This document shows, piece after piece, positions 1 through 13,000 of a DNA stretch of 64,000 nt (position 1 is the first letter of the stretch; every line of letters begins with the position of its first letter). A model generated the notes under the pieces. That model was not told the origin of the DNA and did not search any database. It was given only the letters and a program-made list of their open reading frames with translations. Position numbers and translations under genes: made by a program. This stretch comes from Macrostomum hystrix (lineage: Eukaryota; Animalia; Platyhelminthes). The stretch spans positions 13,330,001-13,394,000 of the forward strand of contig CATNEN010000001.1 in NCBI GenBank assembly GCA_950097015.1, in the 5' to 3' direction.

Positions 1-1212
1 TTAGCCATGATTCAAACTCTGTTTTAGCCATGATTTAAACTCTGGTGTAGCCATGATTCAAATTTAGCCATGATTCAAACGTTGGTTTAGCCATGATTCA
101 GACTCTGGTTTAGCCATGATTCAAACTCTGGTTTAGCCATGATTCAAACTCTGGTTTAGCCATGATTCAGACGCTGTGATGATTTAAAGTCTGCTTTAGC
201 CATGATTCAAACTCTGTTTTAGCCATGTTTTAAACTCTGGTGGGCTATGATTCAAACTCTCGTTTTACCATGATTCAAACTCTGGTTTAGCCATGATTCA
301 AACTCTGGTTTAGCCATGATTCAGACGCTGTGATGATTTAAAGTCTGCTTTAGCCATGATTCAAACTCTGTTTTAGCCATGATTTAAACTCTGGTGTAGC
401 CATGATTCAAATTTAGCCATGATTCAAACGTTGGTTTAGCCATGATTCAGACTCTGGTTTAGCCATGATTCAAACTCTGGTTTAGCCATGATTCAAACTC
501 TGGTTTAGCCATGATTCAAACTCTGGTTTAGCCATGATTCAAACTCTGGTTTAGCCATGATTCAAACTCTGGTTAAGCCATGATTCGGACTCTGGTTTAG
601 CCATGATTCAAACTCTGCTTTAGCCATGATTCGGACTCTGGTTTAGCCATGATTCGGACTCTGGTTTAGCCATGATTCAAACTCTGGTTTAGCCATGATT
701 CAAACTCTGGTTTAGCCATGATTCAAACGCTGGTTTAGCCATGATTCAAACTCTGGTTTAGCCATGATTCGGACTCTGGTTTAGCCATGATTCAGACTCT
801 GGTTTAGCCATGATTCAGACTCTGGTTTAGCCATGATTCAAACGCTGGTTTAGCCATGATTCAAACTCTGGTTAAGCCATGATTCGGACTCTGGTTTAGC
901 CATGATTCAAACTCTGCTTTAGCCATGATTCGGACTCTGGTTAAGCCATGATTCAAACTCTGGTTTAGCCATGATTCAAACTCTGGTTTAGCCATGATTC
1001 AGACTCTGGTTTAGCCATGATTCAGACGCTGGGTTAGCCATGATTGAAACTCTGGTTTAGCCATGATTCAAACTCTGGTTTAGCCATGATTCAGACTCTG
1101 GTTTAGCCATGATTCGGAGTCTGGTTTAGCCATGATTCAAAATCTGGTTTAGCCATGATTCAGACTCTGGTTTAGCCATGATTCAAACTCTATTGTTGCA
1201 ATGATTCAAACT
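1..1212. repeat. 23-bp minisatellite TTTAGCCATGATTCAAACTCTGG (also ~2783-3720 and ~5285-6222)
   Basis: Directly visible tandem array inside each Helitron-like unit. Confidence 0.95.
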
Positions 1213-1791
1213 CATATTTTATTTACGAAATGAAAAAAATAAATTTAAATAGTCTTCAAACACTACTGGCTGAAAATTAGTCTAAATGATTTGACGCAGT
1301 GCAGAATCGAACCCTAGCCTAGCCTAACTTATTCCTAGTGCCTACACATCGGCTATTCCGACTGTTGGTTAGTGGGTGCAAAAATCAGCCTTATAAAATG
1401 AATTCTCAAAGTTCTGGCTTTGTACAATGAAGTAAGAAAATAGAGTACACTCAGTCTCGCGGTTGGTTGTGTACATTTATTTCCAATTTGTCTCCAGAGT
1501 GCAGGCTTTAAATTCAATTAGCTAGGGGTTGTTGCGCAATTTGACGATGCAATTTCAATTCAGTGGCAGTGAGTAAAATTCTCAATAGGCCAAGATGTTT
1601 GACCTTTGAAAAATCATGTTTTTCGAATATTTAATCCCTTTAGCAATAAAGTTAAGCTTAATAAAAATACGTGTATAATTGTCCCCATATTTGGCATCTT
1701 TTGGTGAAGAAATGGTGAAAATCGGTTGAGCCGTTCGGGAGAAAATCAATTACAAGCAACCAACCAAGCATTTCATTTTTAGTATATTAGA
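1..1791 (-). mobile_element. Non-autonomous Helitron-like unit 1 (3' part runs off the window)
   Basis: Minus-strand 5' end TCTAATATACTAAAAATG at 1791, followed by a (GGTT)n microsatellite and AACGGCTCAACCGATTT. Body is a diverged copy of units 2 and 3. Confidence 0.75.
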
Positions 1792-4293
1792 CTAGCAAGT
1801 TTTGCCCCCCTTCGGGGAGCAGAAATACTTTTAATTCGTCTAGTATATACTTTTTAGCAGCTGAATTTACAGCTTTTTAAAGCTACAATGAACCCCCAGT
1901 TGACAATGATCCCCCAGTTAATGATGATCCCCTAGTTGACGATGATCCCCCAGTTGACAATGATCCCCCAGTTGACAATGATCCCCCAGTTGACAATGAA
2001 CCCCCAGTTGACAATGAACCCCCAGTTGACAATGATCCCCCAGTTGACAATGATCCCCCAGTTGAAAATGATCCCACAGTTGACAATGATCCCCCAGTTG
2101 ACAAAGATCCCCCAGTTCACAATGAACCCCCAGTTCACAATGTACCCCCAGTTGACAATGAACCCCCAGTTGACAATGAACCCCAGTTGACAATGATCCC
2201 CCAGTTGACAATGATCCCCCAGTTGACAATGATCCCACAGTTGACAATGATCCCCCAGTTGACAAAAATCCCCCAGTTCACAATGAACCCCCAGTTGACA
2301 ATGATCCCCCAGTTGACAATGATCCCCCAGTTGACAATGATCCCCCAGTTGACAATGATCCCCCAGTTGACAATGAACCCCCAGTTGACAACGATCCCCC
2401 AGTTGACAATGATCCCCCAGTTGACAATGATCCCACAGTTGACAAAGATCCCCCAGTTCACAATGATCCCCCAGTTGATGATGATCCCCCAGTTGATGAT
2501 GATCCCCAGTTGATGATGATCACCCAGTTGACAATGATCCCCAAGTTGACCATGATCCCCCATTTGATGATGATTCCCCAGTTGACAATTATCCCCCAGT
2601 TGACCAATACCCCCTAGTTGACAATGATCCCTCAGTTCACAATGATCCCCCAGTTGACAATGATCCCCCAGTTGACAATTATCCCCCCAGTTTACCAAGA
2701 TCCTCCAGTTGATGATTATCCCCCAGTTTACCTTGATCCCCATTTTGAGGATGACTCCACAGTTGACGTTGTTTTTCAAACACTGGGTTAGCCAAGATTC
2801 AAACTCAGGTTTCGCCATGTTTTAAACCCTGCTGGGCTATGATTCAAACTCTCGTTTTACCATGATTCAGACTCTGGTTGACTATGATTCAAACCGTGGT
2901 TTGGCCATGATTCAAACTCTGGTTTAGCCATGATTCAAACGCTGTTTTTGCAATGATTCAAACTCTGGTTTAGCCATGATTCAGACTCTAGTTTAGCCAT
3001 GATTCAGACTCTAGTTTAGCCATGATTCAAACTCTGGTTTAGCCATGATTCAAACTCTGGTTAGCTATGATTCAAACTCTGGATTCACCTTGATTTAAAT
3101 TTAGCCATGATTCAGACTCTGGTTTAGCCATGATTCAAACGTTGGTTTAGCCATGATTCAAACCTTGGTTTAGCCATGATTCAAACTCTGGTTTAGCCAT
3201 GATTTTAACTTTAGTTTAGCCATGATTCAGACGCTGTGATGATTCAAAGTCTGCTTTAGCCATGATTCAAACTCTGTTTTAGCCATGATTTAAACTCTGG
3301 TGTAGCCATGATTCAGACGCTGGTTTAGCCATGATTTAAACTCTGGTGTAGCCATGATTCAGACGCTGGTTTAGCCATGATTCAAACTCTGGTTAGCTAT
3401 GATTCAAACTCTGGTTTCGCCTTGATTCAAACTCTGGTTTTGCCATGATTCAAACTCTGGTTTAGCCATGATTCAAACTCTGGTTTAGCCATGATTCAAA
3501 CTCTGGTTAGCTATGATTTAAACTCTGGATTCGCCTTGATTTAAATTTAGCCATGATTCAGACTCTGGGTTAGCCATGATTCAAACGTTGGTTTAGCCAT
3601 GATTCAAACCTTGGTTTAGCAATGATTTAGACTCTGGTTTAGCCATGATTCAGACGCTGGTTTAGCCATGATTCAAGCTCTATTTTTGCCATGATTCAAA
3701 TTCAGGTTTGCTATGATTTATGATATTTTATTTACGAAATGAAAAAAATAAATCAAAATAATCTTCAATCACTACTGGCTGAAAATTAGTCTAAATGATT
3801 TGACGCAGTGCAGAATCGAACCCTAGCCTAGCCTAACTTATTCCTAGTGCCTAACACATCGGCTATTCCGACTGTTGGTTAGTGGGTGCAGAAATCAGCC
3901 TTATAAAATGAATTCTCAAAGTTCTGGCTTTGTACAATGAAGTAAGAAAATAGAGTACACTCAGTCTCGCGGTTGGTTGTGTACATTTATTTCCAATTTG
4001 TCTCCAGAGTGCAGGCTTCAAATTCAATCAGCTAGGGGTTGTTGCGCAATTTGACGATGCAATTCTAATTCAGTGGCAGTGAGTGGTTTGACCTTTGAAT
4101 TTGACCTTTGAAAAATCATGTTTTTCGAATATTTAATCCCTTTAGCAATAAAGTTAAGCTTAATAAAAATACGTGTATAATTGTCCCCATATTTGGCATC
4201 TTTTGGTGAAGAAATGGTGAAAATCGGTTGAGCCGTTCGGGAGAAAATCAATTACAAGCAACCAACCAAGCATTTCATTTTTAGTATATTAGA
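1792..4293 (-). mobile_element. Non-autonomous Helitron-like unit 2 (2502 bp)
   Basis: 5' TC at 4293. 3' hairpin GCTCCCC-GAA-GGGGGGC (1820-1804) lies 8 nt before terminal CTAG (1795-1792). Joined CTAG|TC to unit 1. No Rep/helicase ORF. Confidence 0.8.
1885..2770. repeat. 18-bp minisatellite CAGTTGACAATGATCCCC (also ~4387-5272)
   Basis: Visible tandem array; gives the 6-aa periodic ORFs (TMIPQL). Confidence 0.95.
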
Positions 4294-6803
4294 CTAGCAA
4301 GTTTTGCCCCCCTTCGGGGAGCAGAAATACTTTTAATTCGTCTAGTATATACTTTTTAGCAGCTGAATTTACAGCTTTTTAAAGCTACAATGAACCCCCA
4401 GTTGACAATGATCCCCCAGTTAATGATGATCCCCTAGTTGACGATGATCCCCCAGTTGACAATGATCCCCCAGTTGACAATGATCCCCCAGTTGACAATG
4501 AACCCCCAGTTGACAATGAACCCCCAGTTGACAATGATCCCCCAGTTGACAATGATCCCCCAGTTGAAAATGATCCCACAGTTGACAATGATCCCCCAGT
4601 TGACAAAGATCCCCCAGTTCACAATGAACCCCCAGTTCACAATGTACCCCCAGTTGACAATGAACCCCCAGTTGACAATGAACCCCAGTTGACAATGATC
4701 CCCCAGTTGACAATGATCCCCCAGTTGACAATGATCCCACAGTTGACAATGATCCCCCAGTTGACAAAAATCCCCCAGTTCACAATGAACCCCCAGTTGA
4801 CAATGATCCCCCAGTTGACAATGATCCCCCAGTTGACAATGATCCCCCAGTTGACAATGATCCCCCAGTTGACAATGAACCCCCAGTTGACAACGATCCC
4901 CCAGTTGACAATGATCCCCCAGTTGACAATGATCCCACAGTTGACAAAGATCCCCCAGTTCACAATGATCCCCCAGTTGATGATGATCCCCCAGTTGATG
5001 ATGATCCCCAGTTGATGATGATCACCCAGTTGACAATGATCCCCAAGTTGACCATGATCCCCCATTTGATGATGATTCCCCAGTTGACAATTATCCCCCA
5101 GTTGACCAATACCCCCTAGTTGACAATGATCCCTCAGTTCACAATGATCCCCCAGTTGACAATGATCCCCCAGTTGACAATTATCCCCCCAGTTTACCAA
5201 GATCCTCCAGTTGATGATTATCCCCCAGTTTACCTTGATCCCCATTTTGAGGATGACTCCACAGTTGACGTTGTTTTTCAAACACTGGGTTAGCCAAGAT
5301 TCAAACTCAGGTTTCGCCATGTTTTAAACCCTGCTGGGCTATGATTCAAACTCTCGTTTTACCATGATTCAGACTCTGGTTGACTATGATTCAAACCGTG
5401 GTTTGGCCATGATTCAAACTCTGGTTTAGCCATGATTCAAACGCTGTTTTTGCAATGATTCAAACTCTGGTTTAGCCATGATTCAGACTCTAGTTTAGCC
5501 ATGATTCAGACTCTAGTTTAGCCATGATTCAAACTCTGGTTTAGCCATGATTCAAACTCTGGTTAGCTATGATTCAAACTCTGGATTCACCTTGATTTAA
5601 ATTTAGCCATGATTCAGACTCTGGTTTAGCCATGATTCAAACGTTGGTTTAGCCATGATTCAAACCTTGGTTTAGCCATGATTCAAACTCTGGTTTAGCC
5701 ATGATTTTAACTTTAGTTTAGCCATGATTCAGACGCTGTGATGATTCAAAGTCTGCTTTAGCCATGATTCAAACTCTGTTTTAGCCATGATTTAAACTCT
5801 GGTGTAGCCATGATTCAGACGCTGGTTTAGCCATGATTTAAACTCTGGTGTAGCCATGATTCAGACGCTGGTTTAGCCATGATTCAAACTCTGGTTAGCT
5901 ATGATTCAAACTCTGGTTTCGCCTTGATTCAAACTCTGGTTTTGCCATGATTCAAACTCTGGTTTAGCCATGATTCAAACTCTGGTTTAGCCATGATTCA
6001 AACTCTGGTTAGCTATGATTTAAACTCTGGATTCGCCTTGATTTAAATTTAGCCATGATTCAGACTCTGGGTTAGCCATGATTCAAACGTTGGTTTAGCC
6101 ATGATTCAAACCTTGGTTTAGCAATGATTTAGACTCTGGTTTAGCCATGATTCAGACGCTGGTTTAGCCATGATTCAAGCTCTATTTTTGCCATGATTCA
6201 AATTCAGGTTTGCTATGATTTATGATATTTTATTTACGAAATGAAAAAAATAAATCAAAATAATCTTCAATCACTACTGGCTGAAAATTAGTCTAAATGA
6301 TTTGACGCAGTGCAGAATCGAACCCTAGCCTAGCCTAACTTATTCCTAGTGCCTAACACATCGGCTATTCCGACTGTTGGTTAGTGGGTGCAGAAATCAG
6401 CCTTATAAAATGAATTCTCAAAGTTCTGGCTTTGTACAATGAAGTAAGAAAATAGAGTACACTCAGTCTCGCGGTTGGTTGTGTACATTTATTTCCAATT
6501 TGTCTCCAGAGTGCAGGCTTCAAATTCAATCAGCTAGGGGTTGTTGCGCAATTTGACGATGCAATTCTAATTCAGTGGCAGTGAGTGGTTTGACCTTTGA
6601 ATTTGACCTTTGAAAAATCATGTTTTTCGAATATTTAATCCCTTTAGCAATAAAGTTAAGCTTAATAAAAATACGTGTATAATTGTCCCCATATTTGGCA
6701 TCTTTTGGTGAAGAAATTGTGAAAATCGGTTGAGCCGTTCGGGAGAAAATCAATTACAAGCAAGCAACCAACCAACCAACCATTTCATTTTTAGTATAGT
6801 GGA
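4294..6803 (-). mobile_element. Non-autonomous Helitron-like unit 3
   Basis: Exact 2502 bp offset from unit 2 (ORF track 1883/4385, 4024/6526). 3' hairpin plus CTAG at 4297-4294. 5' end TCCACTATAC at 6803 is preceded by a host A, matching the A|T target rule. Confidence 0.8.
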
Positions 6804-7978
6804 TGTTGTCGGTTTTTGTGCAATTTCCTAAATTACCATTTGAAGAAGATAAAAAAGGAAAATAAACAACTTATATTGCGCGCGGGATCTGATCTGATAA
6901 TTCTTCATGCAAGAATATTTTCTGAGTAAGTCGACCCTCAAAGAACGACATCAACTTGTACTTTATTCGAGCATGAGGGCACAGTAGACACACGCAAATA
7001 AATGTGTTCGTGGGCCCCCTAAAGTCTTGCCTATGTTTTTTGTCATAAATATTATTAATTTTGACTTTTAAGATGGTCAAAATGTTCATCTTGCCATTTT
7101 TATAATTTAAGAGTTCCTAAAAAAACAAATTCGTTTTAATTTAAAGCACAGCACTTGTCAGAATTTGACGGAACAGGACTGTTCATGTAGCGTTATAAAA
7201 TTAACAAAGTTTTTAGGTCCTCTAAGTTTTAATTCATAAAGATTGAAATAAAAAACCAAAGTCTTATTTATTAGTTTTTTTCTTTTTAAACTTACATTTT
7301 TCACCTATAATTAAGTCTGGAAAGTCCGATAGCCTTTTTTGACTTCCTGTAAGTCGATGCAATTTCCTAGACACCGAGTTTTGTACTACTACGCCTATAT
7401 GATCGTTTTGTTTGATTTTGGTTTAGAGCTTTAGTATGTAAAGCGCTATATACGAGCAAGAATAGAATTAATGTTTTGTATTTGGCGATTAAATAATAAA
7501 AAAGAAATAACTAATGTTCTTTAGTACTAGCTTCCACCCAAAGTAAAGAATTAGATGAATCTATGCTTTCATTAAGCTTGTTGATTTTTAAAATATATAT
7601 ATTGTATTAGCTAGGCAAGCTAGCTAGTGATATATTTTTTACATTGTCAGCATCGACCTAATAAAGGGCTTTTTTGTAGCATGTATAAATATTTTGTCAT
7701 ATATAGTCTGTAGGAAACCAGCCTTACCATTGAGATTTTAAGTGTATTCAAAATATGACTATCTTATCTGTAGCTGTAGTGTAGGACATGTTTTTATCAT
7801 AATGTAAAAGACAAAAGTTTTTCTAATTTAAAACTTTTTGTGTGTGAGATTTTCTGTATATTTGATGACTTTGAGAGTCTGTATCCCTACACTAAATATG
7901 TGTTTATAGTTCAGCCTTTATACTTTTCCTTTTGTCACACAAAAGTTATTATTTTAATACTTGTACCTTATTTTTTAA

Positions 7979-8653
7979 AAGGCAGAGCTTATTCCCACGG
8001 TCCTGTGCCGATAATTTCAATTTTATCCACATGGATCCATGCCAATAATTTTCTGCTTATCCACATGGCAGCTTGTATGAATAGGTCTAAAACTCTTTAT
8101 ATAAATATTCCGTGCCGTTAATTTCAATTTTATCCACACGGTTCTGTTCTTTAAAATGAGGCCCTTTTGGGTTTGAACGTTTTGTTGAACCCTCGAGCCA
8201 ATAGATCAACAAAGTTGACAGTGTGTTACGACATTGTTCTACATTCGACCTACAGATTCATTAACTGACATTAATGTCATCCTTTTTAATTTTTGTAATT
8301 ACAACTTACTAAATCTTTTGTCATTGTTACGTGTTTTCATTCGAATTGTATTGACTTAAAAAAGTAAGAAGTCTATCTAAGAAAATCATACGAGTCAACC
8401 AGCAGAATTCTAAGCAGCACCAAACTCATCACACTATAAATCATTGTTATTCTTTTACATTATGCATTGATAGTGTACACTATACACTATACTCTGAAGC
8501 AAAAGCCTTATGCTCAGAGAAGAATAGGTAGGGACTTGAAAGTAGACCTATTCATACAAGCTGCCGTGTGGATAAGCAGAAAATTATTGGCATGGATCCG
8601 TGTGGATAAAATTGAAATTATTGGCATGGGACTATGGGAATAAGCACTTCCTT
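7979..8653. mobile_element. MITE-like element with ~110-bp terminal inverted repeats
   Basis: 7981-8089 (GGCAGAGCTTATTCCC...AATAGGTCTA) is the near reverse complement of 8543-8651. TTAA-containing flanks on both sides; no ORF. Confidence 0.7.
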
Positions 8654-10058
8654 TTTAAAAATGTAATTACATTTAATAAATCTTGGCAGGTAACTAAAAC
8701 ATTTACTTAATGAGTTTAATGTCCTTCCATGAGATTTTTAAGTCCTTTTTATTTTTATTCTAGTCAGGATCATGCTGGCCATACACCAGACAAAATTTGA
8801 CATGCTTTCTTCATTTTATGCCAAATTATGCCAAGTTGAAAGCTGTCCCTGAAGCCTTTAGTCAGGAAGGTGGCCTCTGAGGGGGAAATTCCTGTGCACA
8901 CAAAGGGTCTTTACACACATTGGTACACAAGCGCGGCATACTCAAAGGGTCTCAGGTTAACATAGGGTGCTTTTCTGTGTAGGGTCAGGGTTAGGGGACA
9001 GAAACAGTGCATAGACGGAGCACAGATAGCGCACAGAGGGCGCACAGACGGCACACAGACAGCACACAGATTGTCCCTCCAAAATTTATTCCGGCGCATG
9101 CTGTGCTACCTTCCTGACTATGGCCTGAAGCTGTATGCCAAATTATGTCAATCGGAAAAGGACACCCAGAATTTAGAAAAATGGGTAGATTGTTTGGCAT
9201 CAAATTGTGTTTTGAACAGACATTTAAATTTTTTATGAAATCATGAAAATATGATAAACATGCAATGTTTTAAATTTGTGATTACCAACATTTATAAACA
9301 GTAACAAAGAACAATAAAAATGGATAGAAACAGCAAAATGTTATTTAAAGTTTGTGAATTTACTTCAATATACAACAACATTCCACCAGTAGCATCCAAA
9401 GTTGTGCTAATAAATGACTTGTTTTTTACTACATTTAAACTTTTGCAACATAAAACTTACACCATAATATAGGCCATATTCTGTGTTTTGACAAATTTAT
9501 GCTAACTATTCCTAAGTCATTTTGGCATCCAAATTTTAATGCCAGAAATTTATTGTCTAAACTACATGATCCAGACTCTCATATCTACTTCTCAGACACA
9601 AAATTTGTCAAGAATCAAGTATCTAATTTGGTTTAATTTAAATATCTTCTAATCATTAATCATTAAAAGTTTTACTTAATATATTTTATAACTTACAAGT
9701 ATGCAACCTATGTTTATGTTTTAGCTTGCAACATATAATATTTTGCATCATGAAGTCAAGGTGTGTTAAAAAGTCACTTTAGACATGTTTAAATATTTAA
9801 TTATAAGTTTTTATAGTTTCATAATTTTTTAGTTTTATAGTTTTATAGTTTTGATACTAAAATGTTAAATAATGTTAATTTTAAGTACTGTCTTGATTTT
9901 ATTTATTTCTTTATTACAGTTATTTGTTGCTGTAATGCAATGTTTATCTGTGTTATGTTGCAACGTTGCAATGTTGCATTTTTTTCAAGAAAAGTTTTTT
10001 AGATGTTTGCATTTAATGTTCATTATATCTGTCAAAAACTATAACTTTCAGAAAAAAG

Positions 10059-13000
10059 ATGCAGGATGATGTTGATGCAGGCGATGATACCAGTGTGCGT
10101 GTGGCTGTCAGGTATGTCACATTGTGTTGATGTATTCTCTTCTAGTTGAATATTCTCATTAGATATTGACACTTATATGCATGCTACATTTTTTCTTCAT
10201 CAGAATACGGCCACAGAATTCCAAGGAAAAAATCGAGATGAACCGAATCTGCACAAGTGTTGCTGATGAAGAAAAGCAGATTCTACTAGGAGAAGATAAA
10301 GCATTCACTTTTGATTACACATTTGATATGCACATTGGACAGAATGCTATATTTGATTCTTTGGCTAAGAACCTCATTGATGGGTGAGTTTAAACACTTA
10401 TGGTTAGTGCCTGCTTTTCTATTTGTTTGAATTTCAAAATATAATTAACTGATCTTCTTGTATTTTTCAGCTGTCTTGAAGGATATAATGCTACCCTATT
10501 TGCTTATGGTCAGGTGAGCATAAACTATTCTTAAGTTTTTTTTTAATTCACCATTGTTTGGTGTAACCACCAGAGTTTTACGAATCAATGATCATTTTCC
10601 AGAACTTTGAACCAAGTTGTTAACTGTATTTTTGTCTAGTTAATCGATTAAACAAATCTCTCCTTCAGACGGGCAGTGGCAAGACCTACACGATGGGCAC
10701 CGGTTTCGACTTGTCGCCCTCTTCAACCGAGGCTGGCATCGTTCCTCGAGCGGTGTCTTACCTGTTTGGCCAGATTGATAATGCCAGACGATCGGCTGCA
10801 CAACGCGGCCTTCCAGTGCCCGAGTTCAAAGTTGTGGCTCAGTTTCTTGAGGTTTGCTTCATCTTATGTATGCTTGGTGTCACCTCAGATCCTCAGGTGT
10901 TAGATCATTAGCCACCCTCTCAGATCCTCAGGTGTTAGATCATTAGCCACCCTCTCAGATGCTCAGATGTTAGATCATTAGCCACCCTCTCAGATCCTCA
11001 GGTGTTAGATCATTAGCCACCCTCTCAGATCCTCAGGTGTTAGATCATTAGCCACCCTTTCAGATCCTCAGGTGTTAGATCATTAGCCATCTTCTCAGAT
11101 CCTCAGGTGTTAGATCATTAGCCACCCTCTCAGATCCTCAGGTGTTAGATCATTAGCCATCCTCTCAGATCCTCAGGTGTTAGATCATTAGCCACCCTCT
11201 CAGATCCTCAGGTGTTAGATCATTAGCCACCCTTTCAGATCCTCAGGTGTTAGATCATTAGCCATCTTCTCAGATCCTCAGGTGTTAGATCATTAGCCAC
11301 CCTCTCAGATCCTCAGGTGTTAGATCATTAGCCACCCTCTCAGATCCTCAGGTGTTAGATCATTAGCCACCCTCTCAGATCCTCAGGTGTTAGATCATTA
11401 GCCACCCTCTCAGATCCTCAGGTGTTAGATAACTAATAATATTCTCAGATCCTCAGGTGTTAGATAACTAATAATATTCTCATATCCTCAGGTGTTAGAT
11501 AACTAATAATATTCTCATATCCTCAGGTGTTAGATAACTAATAATATTCTCAGATCCTTAGGTGTTAGATAACTAATAATATTCTCATATCCTCAGATGT
11601 TAGATAACTAATAATATTCTCATATCCTCAGATGTTAGATAACTAATAATATTCTCAGATCCTCAGGTGTTAGATAACTAATAATATTCTCAGATCCTCA
11701 GATGTTAGATAACTAATAATATTCTCAGATCCTCAGGTGTTAGATAACTAATAATATTCTCATATCCTCAGATGTTAGATAACTAATAATATTCTCAGAT
11801 CCTCAGGTGTTAGATAACTAATAATATTCTCATATCCTCAGATGTTAGATAACTAATAATATTCTCATATCCTCAGATGTTAGATAACTAATAATATTCT
11901 CATATCCTCAGGTGTTAGATAACTAATAATATTCTCATATCCTCAGGTGTTAGATAACTAATAATATTCTCAGATCCTCAGATGTTAGATAACTAATAAT
12001 ATTCTCATATCCTCAGGTGTTAGATAACTAATAATATTCTCATATCCTCAGGTGTTAGATAACTAATAATATTCTAGAATTACTTAAAATAAATTATCCT
12101 TTCATTTTCAGTTGTACAATGAAGTGCTCATTGACTTGTTGGATGTGGCGCGTGATGCTAAGGTAATGAATAATACTTTAAATGTCTATTGGTTTTTGTG
12201 GCTAGAACTTTTCTATGCCGTAGAGCCAAATTTTTTTTGTCGTATTGTGCATTGTAGTTTGTTAAAATGAATTCGCTCTACCTAAGACGGCTAAACCAGT
12301 GCATTCCTTTGGTGTTAGATACTAGTTGGCTAAAGAATGGTAGCTTATGGCTAAATAAATTCTCTCTTTGTATTTAAGCCCGTCATTGTCTAAATATTCT
12401 TTTCATCAGCTTCGAATGATACTCGCATGCTTAAAGCAGTTTTTTGTTCACGTCAACTAGCAGGTGCTCAGTAGTATGTTGGTCTCTCACTCTCTATGTG
12501 TTTTTCCATCTCTCTCCTTTTTTAATGATAAAGAAACTAGCATATATCTTAATGGCACAGAAAGCTTAACGAGATAACAACATAATGAATGCTTCAGAAA
12601 GTACAGTAAGTCTTGAAAGCTCTACTGTGTGCCTTCATTTGTAGCTTTACTTATACTGTAGTTTCTTAATTAAGTCTCTTTGTACTCATACGCGCCTTAA
12701 CTATAATATCATCAGGTTTGAGCACACACCCTCTCAAATACTCTTTTTTCAGCACACACCCTCCCAGATTCTCATGTTTAAGCTCACACCCTCTCAAATA
12801 CTCTTTTTTCAGCACACACCTTCCCAGATTCTCATGTTTGAGCTCATCCTCCCAGATTCCCATGTTTGAGCACACACCCTCCCAGATTCCCATGTTTGAG
12901 CACACACCCTCCCAGATTCTCATGTTTGAGCACATCCTCCCAGATTCTCATGTTTGAGCTCACACCCTCCCAGATTCTCATGTTTGAGCTCACACCCTCC

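Noticed and set aside
8023-8609. Cluster of DnaA-box-like TTATCCACA suggesting a bacterial oriC
   Set aside because: The copies are explained by the inverted repeats of a MITE-like element; no bacterial genes nearby.
8878-9080. Small element with weak inverted ends and GCACAGA repeats
   Set aside because: The terminal match is too imperfect and no target-site duplication could be established by eye.
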